From a virus (Duplodnaviria; Caudoviricetes): a DNA stretch of 64,000 nucleotides. Location: positions 2,106-66,105 of the IMG/VR virus record IMGVR_UViG_3300047496_000334; one strand, 5' to 3'. Below the pieces are notes generated by a model, which worked only from the letters and a program-made list of their open reading frames with translations, did no database searches and was not told the DNA's origin. A program made the translations under genes and the position numbers. Each line of letters opens with the position of its first letter. Position 1 is the first letter of the stretch. Shown here one piece after another: positions 55,662 to 63,673 of this stretch.

Positions 55662-56374
55662 TCCGCATGCCTCTGCCTTGGCAGCGCATCCGGCAACTGG
55701 GCGTAAGGCTCACGGTTCCACAGCCGGAAATTATACCCCAGATCGCCCCAATGCTGCGTGTTGTTGGAAATCCCGTGGTCCACAAAGATGCGAACGCCTG
55801 CCGCGCGTATCTTATCGGTAAAGTAACGGTCCTCACCCTGATAGGCACGGTGAACGTCGTTCCATACGATTTCAAAATGCGGCGATGGCAATCCGCGCAG
55901 CTTATCCAGCTTTACCAGCATCAGTCCCATCCCCACCTTCGCCACTTCCTCCAGACCAATCTTCCCCGCCGAATGCGTCATATGACCGTCCAGGCCTTCC
56001 GCCGTATATTGCAGCGTATCCTGCTTGCGGCAGTAATTGGCCGCGATAGCATCGATTTCAGGATGCTCCTTCATCGCCTGCAACATGCGAAGCACGCAAT
56101 CCGACGGCATCTCGATATCATCATCCCACCAGAGTTGGTGCGTACATTCATCCGCCAGAGCCTCATCCAGACATTCCTGCCGCGCCTGGGGCAGAAGGCT
56201 TGCCTGCAGCCTGCAGATAAGGCCAAAGGGGACTCCAAAGGCAGTGAGATGGTGCACCATCATCGACAGGCCCAGTGAGCAGCGCGGGGTTATGGGGCGG
56301 TTGGAACAAACCGAAATTGCCAGCTTTAACCCTTTAGCGCCCTCATACTGCTTTATTGCTATCGGCTCTTTCAT
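55658..56374 (-). CDS. GT-A fold glycosyltransferase-like protein
   Basis: SLLP.AR, TH.LWWDDDI (DxD), G.G.ML, F.........GED.YF, I.VD. Confidence 0.75.
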   Translation of the reverse strand: MKEPIAIKQYEGAKGLKLAISVCSNRPITPRCSLGLSMMVHHLTAFGVPFGLICRLQASLLPQARQECLDEALADECTHQLWWDDDIEMPSDCVLRMLQAMKEHPEIDAIAANYCRKQDTLQYTAEGLDGHMTHSAGKIGLEEVAKVGMGLMLVKLDKLRGLPSPHFEIVWNDVHRAYQGEDRYFTDKIRAAGVRIFVDHGISNNTQHWGDLGYNFRLWNREPYAQLPDALPRQRHAE

Positions 56375-56437
56375 CAAAAATCCTTCATCTCGTAAACCAC
56401 ATAAAAACGGCGATTAAAATACACAGGACTATTATGG

Positions 56438-56638
56438 TCATTTCCATATCCTGGTGCGCCATTCCCCGCACCATTCTTTTTCGTCCATATTGGGGCTCGC
56501 CGACACCGGCCTTGGCGCAGGAGGATTGCCGATGGGTGCGATGATAACTACCGGGGGGAAGCGACGGCAGAAGCCTTCGGTCACGTTCTGCAGGTGACGG
56601 CGGAAGTAAGTGCAGGTGGCACAGGATTCGGTGGTCAT
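56438..56638 (-). CDS. small Cys-rich phage protein
   Basis: CATC.YF....G.CRR.PP ... WCGEW. Confidence 0.7.
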   Translation of the reverse strand: MTTESCATCTYFRRHLQNVTEGFCRRFPPVVIIAPIGNPPAPRPVSASPNMDEKEWCGEWRTRIWK

Positions 56639-56823
56639 TTTAAGGCATCTTCCGCTTTTTTTATTTCCTCTTTGGCAAATTGCTTCCAATCCTCGCCATT
56701 ACTAGCCTTCACATGGATATTGGAAATCATCGTATCAAACCCTTTCTTATTCGCCGTAGTATCGGGGATTTTAGAGAGATACCATGGGAGAAGCAAATCG
56801 CGTATATATCCTTTTTTTATCAT
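56635..56823 (-). CDS. hypothetical protein
   Basis: 62 aa, ATGA coupled on both sides. Confidence 0.55.
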   Translation of the reverse strand: MIKKGYIRDLLLPWYLSKIPDTTANKKGFDTMISNIHVKASNGEDWKQFAKEEIKKAEDALK

Positions 56824-56972
56824 TTATCCTTCTCCATGAAATCACGTAAAATCTGGTTGACGAGCGATTGCCACCCCCTTCCCTTTTTGCGAAAAAAGGC
56901 GAGGATCGCCGCGTCAATCCGTATGGATATAGCCTGCTTGCCAAACAGAATCTTAGCGGGTTTACGCGCCAT
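56820..56972 (-). CDS. BrnA-family antitoxin-like ribbon-helix-helix protein (orphan)
   Basis: 50 aa read manually: KQAISIRIDAAILAFFRKKGRGWQSLVNQILR matches the K..ISIR.D......F...G.GWQ...N..LR pattern. Confidence 0.75.
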   Translation of the reverse strand: MARKPAKILFGKQAISIRIDAAILAFFRKKGRGWQSLVNQILRDFMEKDK

Positions 56973-57145
56973 TATTTCTTTTTTTGCCCCGGCTTTTTCT
57001 GCTCTGGCTTTTTCTTCGCAGCCTTCGCGGTTTTCACAATGGAAGCCTTCACCGAAACCACCGGCCTGGCCGCTTTTGCCTTACCCTTTTCCGACGCCGG
57101 ACTTTTTTTCTTTTCCCTTGCCGGTTTATCTTTCGCCTTACCCAT
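56972..57145 (-). CDS. very basic Lys/Ala-rich histone-H1-like peptide
   Basis: 57 aa read manually (MGKAKDKPAREKKKSPASEKGKAKAARP...KKPGQKKK), AGGAG RBS, TAATG coupled. Confidence 0.65.
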   Translation of the reverse strand: MGKAKDKPAREKKKSPASEKGKAKAARPVVSVKASIVKTAKAAKKKPEQKKPGQKKK

Positions 57146-57161
57146 AACTATCTCCTGTCCG

Positions 57162-57200
57162 ATTGTTAAATAAAATTGTTAAATAAAATTGTTAAATAAA
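57162..57200. repeat. 13-bp tandem repeat x3
   Basis: ATTGTTAAATAAA three perfect copies, intergenic. Confidence 0.95.
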
Positions 57201-57203
57201 ATA

Positions 57204-57392
57204 TTACTCAGCATCTTTTTTAACTCGTGAAGAGTCAGAGGCTTTGTAATTCCTGAAAGGGTTATCAGTCCTGTAATCCGCCCTGCCGCGCTCGTAAGCT
57301 TCTCGCAGGGATTTGTGATATGCCACAAGCAGGGAGTCCGGTTTAGAATCCGGCGCGGATTCCATGTCAGAGTCCGGTTTATCCATTTTCAA
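57204..57392 (-). CDS. hypothetical protein
   Basis: 62 aa; internal KPDS repeat. Confidence 0.5.
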   Translation of the reverse strand: MKMDKPDSDMESAPDSKPDSLLVAYHKSLREAYERGRADYRTDNPFRNYKASDSSRVKKDAE

Positions 57393-57583
57393 ACCTTCCT
57401 GCGCTCATGAGCCGGGAACCTTTCAAGCTCCTCCATGGCGGCCTGCGCTATTTCCATCGCTTTCCTTACAAGAGGGGCCGCCTGCGTATCATGGCGCGTT
57501 GCCGCCGTTGCCGCCGACCCCACCAGGGAAGCACTTACCAGCTTAATAAACAAAGAACGGTACTCCGCCGCGTCAATATCCAT
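57389..57583 (-). CDS. hypothetical protein
   Basis: 64 aa with GAGGA RBS. Confidence 0.55.
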   Translation of the reverse strand: MDIDAAEYRSLFIKLVSASLVGSAATAATRHDTQAAPLVRKAMEIAQAAMEELERFPAHERRKV

Positions 57584-57929
57584 TTTATCCTCATGCTTAA
57601 AAGGTAATTATACTTTAATGTATATACACGGATGCATGGATTTGCAAGCAAAAAAATATGCGCGGCTTATGCGCTTGTATATATACACGTTTAGTTTTTT
57701 TATATTTTTAAAAATAATGTGCCCCATTATTACCCCCAAAAGGCAACGGCCGGAGAAATGGATTATGCATAAGCAATACTGGTCTAAAAAGAATACGGAC
57801 AAGAAGATGGATTATAATGAAGTGCTCAGGCGCGAGCTGGAGCGGTTCCGGCGCGAACGCGATATTCAGGTGCGCTCATGGCGCGGGCTTGAAGGGCGTG
57901 GGCCTGAAGAGAACTGCCCCGATGACTGA

Positions 57930-57969
57930 TGTATATACAAATGTATATACAGTGTGGTTTGTATATACA
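57930..57969. promoter_or_regulatory. cluster of TGTATATACA palindromes (putative operators)
   Basis: copies at 57930, 57942 and 57960; also 57619-57628 and variant TGTATATATACA at 57676-57687. Confidence 0.55.
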
Positions 57970-58324
57970 GTGTGGTTTTGAGTTGCGGTTGGGTGAAATG
58001 TATTATGCCAAATCCACCGACGCGGCCCAAATCTAGCCCCCTACCCCCGCCGCCCCTCTTGCGCCGGTATAATCCTGCCCAGCTCCACCATCAGCTCGCG
58101 CGTTCATCGCTTCATCGTTTGCATTTAGTTATTGACAGCTCATGACTCTTGTGCAATTATCACCCGCATGATAGCCACATGCGACCATTGCCATACGCCG
58201 GTCAACACGGACAATGAGCCGCGCGCCTTACAGCGCAGCACGGTCTATGTGATATGTGATTTGTGTCACAGCCTGAGCGAGGCTCAGTTACTAGCGTTGC
58301 CGGATATCCAGCGCTGCGAGCGCG

Positions 58325-58849
58325 TTACTCGTTGTCAATAACCCCATTGTCAATAACCAATGGCTCTTGTTTGTTTTCCAATATCTGTTTGATTGCCAGC
58401 AGATCATTCTTACTCATGTCACGCAGCTCCTTCATGGCATTCTGCAGCACCACGTTTACCGTGGTTTCCTGTTTGCTTTCCTGCTTGTCAGACTGGCCCA
58501 AGAACTGCTTTCCAAGCCAGATGAGCATGCCGGGATGACCACTGAGCGCCAGTCTGGCTTGCTTTGAACGCAGCGAGTGTTTGAAGTCGGCAATACCATT
58601 GAGTATAGCCTCATTAATATCAAAGTAATCGGCAATGGCGACATTAAACCAATCCACGTCAACACCCAGCAAATGCGCTATTTCTTCACGGGTGCAACCC
58701 ACCTGGCTCCATGCACGTATTTTTTTGAGGTCCAAAGCATTCGCGCGTTGGGAAGTGGTGTCACGCTTTCGCTTCGCCCGGAACCTTGGATTAAGCTTCG
58801 GAACATACGGATTGCCCTTTGGTTTTATGTCTGGGATGTCTTCCATCAT
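58325..58849 (-). CDS. terS: terminase small subunit
   Basis: HTH GCTREEIAHLLGVD, then LR..Q..LAL.G...MLIWLGKQ.LGQ.D signature. Confidence 0.75.
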   Translation of the reverse strand: MMEDIPDIKPKGNPYVPKLNPRFRAKRKRDTTSQRANALDLKKIRAWSQVGCTREEIAHLLGVDVDWFNVAIADYFDINEAILNGIADFKHSLRSKQARLALSGHPGMLIWLGKQFLGQSDKQESKQETTVNVVLQNAMKELRDMSKNDLLAIKQILENKQEPLVIDNGVIDNE

Positions 58850-59104
58850 TCTAATCAGCATATTAACATCAAATAACACCTCATGCAATTATATCAATGC
58901 CAAGCCCCTTAATTTACCCGTACAGCATAGCTTACCGCCAATCATCATCAACATCATCAAAAAACATAAAAACTTCTATACGAAACCCTATCATGCTAAT
59001 TTATGTCCCTGCCTATACGTCCTTAGCAATAATGTTATAAATCAGCATATTATTATTTTGTCCACCATATGTCACAACATAAAATATGGCTAATTACAAT
59101 TTAA

Positions 59105-59117
59105 TATCAATAACTTG
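59105..59117 (+). promoter_or_regulatory. IHF-consensus site
   Basis: TATCAATAACTTG fits WATCAANNNNTTR, in the AT-rich non-coding gap upstream of terS. Confidence 0.4.
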
Positions 59118-59471
59118 ACTAAATACAGGCCATATGTCCAGTGTCCCTTTAAAGAAATACACCGACATGTGTGTATACAGCATGTGTGATATAAATACAA
59201 CAGATATATAAGTATACACACTCATAAAAGAGAATGACTATAAGAGACATATATATAAAGGACATATATATATATATATATATTAATATACTATTTTAAT
59301 TGAATATTTTCTATTCAAACTTTTGTCCATACAACCATCTTACTTCCCGGAACTAATTGCCATTCTATGGCTCATGCGCTTTCTTCACTGCCATTTAAAG
59401 AATATAATTGCTGTTTATTGTAAACTTATATATTGTTTATTGGCAACAATTAAACAATTGGAGTTTAGAAT

Positions 59472-60080
59472 ATGTCTAATAAGCTTATAAGAGTGGACGA
59501 TGATGTCCATGCAAGGATTGCGAAGTTAGCGGACGTAAACAACAAGAGCGCTGGCGAGGTGGTAGCGTATTTGTTGCGCAAGGCCGACGAGGCATTAGGT
59601 GGGGTTCCCCTTCCCGTGCTGCAGCGCAAGCGGACAAAGCCCTATGAAGAGCCAAGGTATGGCGTAAACCTTAAAACCATGCGCGATATACCTGTGCGTA
59701 TGCCCGCCGGCAGGAAAGAAGGAATTTCCCTGCCGGACGATCTCTCAGGCGGCGTGGAAGCGATGGATGAGAACGGGTTCTGGCTGGAAGCTAAAAGCCA
59801 TATGTGCAAGATTTTGGCCCACCTTGCCGGTGTAACGGGCGATATTAAAACCATGAGGATGTCGGTAGTCCCCTTCCTGCGTGAAATAAAAACCTTTATT
59901 ATTTCCGTGTCGGAGGAAAGCACGGATGTGTTTATCCCGGCGGACATCGAGGCGCAGAAGATACTGCATATCATAAGCGCGGCACCAGGCGAGTATAAGG
60001 AAAAACAGTATTACACCGCCGCCGATCTTTACCTTCTATGGCACTGCGGCTTTGAAATCCGCTATGTGGAAACTATCTAA
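59472..60080 (+). CDS. protein with N-terminal ribbon-helix-helix-like domain
   Basis: KLIRVDDDVHARIAKLA....KS...VV..LL; GGAG RBS. Confidence 0.65.
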   Translation: MSNKLIRVDDDVHARIAKLADVNNKSAGEVVAYLLRKADEALGGVPLPVLQRKRTKPYEEPRYGVNLKTMRDIPVRMPAGRKEGISLPDDLSGGVEAMDENGFWLEAKSHMCKILAHLAGVTGDIKTMRMSVVPFLREIKTFIISVSEESTDVFIPADIEAQKILHIISAAPGEYKEKQYYTAADLYLLWHCGFEIRYVETI

Positions 60081-60091
60081 TAAAATAGTTA

Positions 60092-60119
60092 TTGACAATC
60101 CATAACCAAGGCGTATGAT
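60092..60119 (+). promoter_or_regulatory. sigma70-type early promoter
   Basis: TTGACA-16-TATGAT; shares TATTGACAwTCCATAAC with the promoter at 6716-6732. Confidence 0.65.
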
Positions 60120-60160
60120 GCATGAAGTTAATCCCGAAATCAAACAAGGAGCATAAGACC

Positions 60161-60481
60161 ATGACAAAAGCACAACACACGCCGGGGCCTTGGCTTTACA
60201 TGCAAGATATGATTGTCGCAGGTGATTGCTATGGAAAGGTAGTCGCGCATACAAACGTCATGATGCAGCATCCGCCAAAGAAATATGTGATTGTCGCGGA
60301 AGATAAAGCAAATGCCCGCCTTATCGCCGCCGCGCCGGATTTGCTGGAAACATTAAAATACTGCCAATCATGGTTCGAGAAGTTTGCGCCCGTAGCTGAT
60401 TTAATCGACGGCAACAAATGTGAATTACCTATGTTGACGAGCGTGCGAGCAGCAATTAAGAAGGCTGAAGGACATGAGTAA
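60161..60481 (+). CDS. phage early protein (HTPGPW...ANARLIAAAPDLL family)
   Basis: signature motifs present; AAGGAG RBS. Confidence 0.8.
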   Translation: MTKAQHTPGPWLYMQDMIVAGDCYGKVVAHTNVMMQHPPKKYVIVAEDKANARLIAAAPDLLETLKYCQSWFEKFAPVADLIDGNKCELPMLTSVRAAIKKAEGHE

Positions 60482-60519
60482 TTAATGTCAATTCCTGTGA
60501 AACAAGAGGACTAAACTAT

Positions 60520-60810
60520 ATGACGAACGAAGTATCAAGGGAAATGCCGGTCTACAAATGCCATAAAGAGGTATGGGCGCTAAAAATCGCCGGATTGCAA
60601 TACACCAACGCCGAAGGTGACGATGCGGCGGAAAGTGATGGCAGTATGCTACTGACACCCGCAGATGATGGTTATGCGCCCTTTGTGGTTGATAAGGAAT
60701 ATGTGCAAAAGCATAAGCCGAAAGTAGGCGGCTATTATGTTGTTTATAGAGACGGATACAAATCTTTTTCGCCTGCGGAAGCGTTTGAGGAAGGATATAC
60801 GCGCTTATGA
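60520..60810 (+). CDS. conserved phage protein with GYYVVY.DGY.SFSP..AFE.GY motif
   Basis: Y.CHK.V.A.KI N-terminus and C-terminal motif. Confidence 0.8.
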   Translation: MTNEVSREMPVYKCHKEVWALKIAGLQYTNAEGDDAAESDGSMLLTPADDGYAPFVVDKEYVQKHKPKVGGYYVVYRDGYKSFSPAEAFEEGYTRL

Positions 60811-61016
60811 AAGAGGAGCTGCTAAGACCCTATCGTGCGGGTGATAATGTGCTTTGCAAGGGGTATAATATCGTCGGAAAAATTATCCTTGTGGATGGGG
60901 AGCGTTTACATGTTTCCAGCATCCTTGACGATGTGCCACTACCCCATAGAACTTTCGCGCCGGATGAGGTGGAATTTATCCCGCCAGCGAAAACCAAGGA
61001 TAGCCCCAATGGGTAA
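60807..61016 (+). CDS. hypothetical protein
   Basis: ATGA coupled. Confidence 0.55.
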   Translation: MKEELLRPYRAGDNVLCKGYNIVGKIILVDGERLHVSSILDDVPLPHRTFAPDEVEFIPPAKTKDSPNG

Positions 61017-61108
61017 CAACCGGATAGGCATGGAAAATTTATACGCAAGCCACGTGAAGGAAGAAACCATGCCTATCCGCTTAACGCCCAACAACGCTAG
61101 GGATTGAT
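61001..61108. repeat. complete copy of dispersed inverted-repeat element
   Basis: 13-bp perfect IR CGGATAGGCATGG(61021-61033)/CCATGCCTATCCG(61067-61079); halves duplicated at 62065-62099 and 2787-2829. Confidence 0.9.
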
Positions 61109-61109
61109 T

Positions 61110-61337
61110 ATGACATACATTATCGGACGAGTTTACAACAAATACGGCGCGGCTGATTACTACATGGGCAGGGATGAGAATGACATCCCCATGTTCACAG
61201 GGAAGAACAGCCCGTCACTTGTGAAATACACCAACCACAATACTGCTTACGGCATGACCATCAGGCTTAAAAAGCTACTTCCTACCATTATGGGAGGTGC
61301 GCCAGCATCTTATGAAGTTATTGAGATTGAGGGGTAA
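61110..61337 (+). CDS. hypothetical protein
   Basis: starts directly after the repeat element. Confidence 0.55.
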   Translation: MTYIIGRVYNKYGAADYYMGRDENDIPMFTGKNSPSLVKYTNHNTAYGMTIRLKKLLPTIMGGAPASYEVIEIEG

Positions 61338-61846
61338 TGATTATGGTAACGCACGAAGAATTATGCAAATCCGGTGAAATTCACGGCAGTCAATATGACC
61401 GCCGCAAACTACCCGGCAACGTTTGGAGGCCGATATTGACCTCTCCCAGAGATGGTACGCCGATAATTGTAGCCAAGTTCGGTAAGAATGAAATAGGCGA
61501 AGATTGTGGATTCTGGTGGATTTCTAAAGGGCATTTTGACGCTGAAAGACAGTGTTGGCATGACGGCATCGAAAGACTTTCCTGGCCTACTCACTGGATG
61601 CCTGTGGCTTATCCGGTATCGGAAGGATTGGATGAACTGCTTAAAGAAGATGACGCCACCAAAGCGCGGCGTTATGCGACTGAACTGCACGATTTGCAAT
61701 GTGCAATCAAAGATGTGGCGGTGGAAATGCAGGCATCTGCTTTTCCTCTCCCGCCAGAATTAATAACCGATGAACAACGTGGTTGGAATAAGGCAACGGA
61801 CTATATCATTGACCTGTTGAAAAAGCATTGCGGGGATATGGCATGA
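61337..61846 (+). CDS. DUF551-like domain fused to unrelated segments
   Basis: WRPI.T.PRDGT ... PTHWMP followed by a helical C-terminal part. Confidence 0.65.
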   Translation: MIMVTHEELCKSGEIHGSQYDRRKLPGNVWRPILTSPRDGTPIIVAKFGKNEIGEDCGFWWISKGHFDAERQCWHDGIERLSWPTHWMPVAYPVSEGLDELLKEDDATKARRYATELHDLQCAIKDVAVEMQASAFPLPPELITDEQRGWNKATDYIIDLLKKHCGDMA

Positions 61847-62055
61847 TTACCTTGGAAAAAATACAAGACGCTGTTCTGGCGCATTATGATGGCGTTTACA
61901 GCCTTGAGGCTAGAAAGCCGGAGCAACTAGCTGACTGGGTTCTTTTCCTGCTTGGATGGATAGAAAAAGTGGAAACAAACGCTACATTAAAGCAATCCTT
62001 GCCTTTACGTCCACCATGCGACTGGCAAACTGACCCAGACACGGATGAAATATGA
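61843..62055 (+). CDS. hypothetical protein
   Basis: ATGA coupled. Confidence 0.5.
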   Translation: MITLEKIQDAVLAHYDGVYSLEARKPEQLADWVLFLLGWIEKVETNATLKQSLPLRPPCDWQTDPDTDEI

Positions 62056-62064
62056 CACAACCAG

Positions 62065-62099
62065 TAGCCCAAATGGGTAACAACCGGATAGGCATGGAA
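62065..62099 (+). repeat. left-half copy of dispersed inverted-repeat element
   Basis: 34/35 nt identical to 61001-61035. Confidence 0.9.
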
Positions 62100-62257
62100 G
62101 AAACAAAAGAGAGGCGCATGACAGATCAATTAAATCAGGCGAATAGGATACGAAGTGGCCTAGAGCCTATGGGGTTCTGGCTATGGCAACGCATAAACAC
62201 TGAGCTAACTGGCGAGTGCATCGCCTTTTTACCCGCTAAACCGAAAGGATAAGCACC

Positions 62258-62476
62258 ATGGCGTATTTTAATGGATCATTGCATGGATATAACAGCCCCA
62301 AAGGCTACATAGCTCCTATTCCCATAACGCGTGTATATTGTGACAAGTGTGCTTGCGATTCAATACCCCTTGATAAATCAAAGCCGGAAGGCAGGCAACA
62401 CTGGGATACTGATTTCAGATGGGTGCCCGTGTTTGGCGGTGATCAGAAATGTGATACCTGTAATAAACCAGTTTAA
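62258..62476 (+). CDS. zinc-finger hypothetical protein
   Basis: CDKC...CDTC; AAGGA RBS. Confidence 0.6.
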   Translation: MAYFNGSLHGYNSPKGYIAPIPITRVYCDKCACDSIPLDKSKPEGRQHWDTDFRWVPVFGGDQKCDTCNKPV

Positions 62477-63355
62477 AAAGGATAAAAACCATGTGGCACG
62501 GCATAAACGATTGGGATGACTTTATACTGATCGGCGGCGCAGCAGGTGGAATGCTGGCGCTATTCTGCATGGGAATATACCTAGCATACTCGATTTCACG
62601 AAATAGTTATTGATTGTTATTAATAAGGTTGTATATACTATGGAAAAGACAGAACTGGAGCAGATGCAGGAAGATGCAATAGGCGATGATAGCCACGCTA
62701 TAACCGCCCGCCTTCACCTTGCATCGTTATTTGAGGAAATAAAGACGATCGTTAAACAACATGATGAGGAATATTATGAATGACCTTCACCCCGATTTGC
62801 AAATCAAGGCGGATGAAATAAACCGTATCCTGCGCATAAGGCATGAGACGCCAGTGGTTAGGTGGTCTGACAGTCTCCCAAACCTCAAAACTCCCACGCG
62901 CGATTATCCCCGCGTATTGAAAAGCGCGGGGATATTAAAGCAGATTGAGGATAAGGAGCACCATGACTAGAAAACTGATATTGCACCCGGCGCGGGATGA
63001 GATAGCTAAATGGGGCATATTGGCGCATGTGGACGTTATGGAAAGAAACCGGATATTAAATATGTCTTTTGGGCAGTTCCAGAAGGAAAAAAAGATTTTA
63101 ACAAAGGAGGTGGATTTAGCCAAATTTTCAAAGCGTAAAAAGAGCAACGTAACTGAGTCCTGGTATAACCCGAATCGAACCAAATTTAACAAGGAACCAA
63201 ACCATGAAAGCGATATTACACCCGATGAAACAGAGCATCTTTGAAACCCATATTCCCACGCTGGACGAATTGCAGGAGTTATGGGACCTTGATAATGATA
63301 GTGATGAAATAAAAAGAATATTGACAGTCAATAACTTTGATGATATGGATTTTTC

Positions 63356-63559
63356 ATGAACACATTTACCTGCAAATATCCGATCGGCTCTAAGGTTTAT
63401 TATATGCTGCCCAATAAGAAGATTATAGAGGCTGTAGTTTTGGGGGTTTATTTCTCAGTGAGACTTCCTCCGAAATATTCGATTAGGGAAGCAGGCACCG
63501 ATGTACTACATGCGAAATTTTTTGATATTCATGAGAATTTCCTAGAGATGGCAGAATGA
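63356..63559 (+). CDS. hypothetical protein
   Basis: KY.IG.KVY pattern. Confidence 0.55.
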   Translation: MNTFTCKYPIGSKVYYMLPNKKIIEAVVLGVYFSVRLPPKYSIREAGTDVLHAKFFDIHENFLEMAE

Positions 63560-63673
63560 AACTACTGCATTTCTTTATCATTATGCTGTGCCTATGTGCG
63601 GTTCCGCTATTGCTGATTATGCAGGTACTATTAAGGGGTTTATAAATTAACGGTTTGGATTATAGGAAAGATT

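Noticed and set aside
55667-56278. Long antisense ORFs (also 8086-8724, 37260-37790, 39684-40298)
   Set aside because: They shadow well-supported genes on the opposite strand and show no recognisable motifs
46387-56374. Host O-antigen/capsule locus flanking a prophage
   Set aside because: Bracketed by terS and terL, overlaps the terL start, and lacks export or polymerase genes and att/integrase signals
30211-58893. Dedicated late-promoter consensus (TATAAT at 30211, 31784, 42823, 57607, 58888 on minus)
   Set aside because: No shared upstream element seen; TATAAT alone is expected by chance in AT-rich gaps
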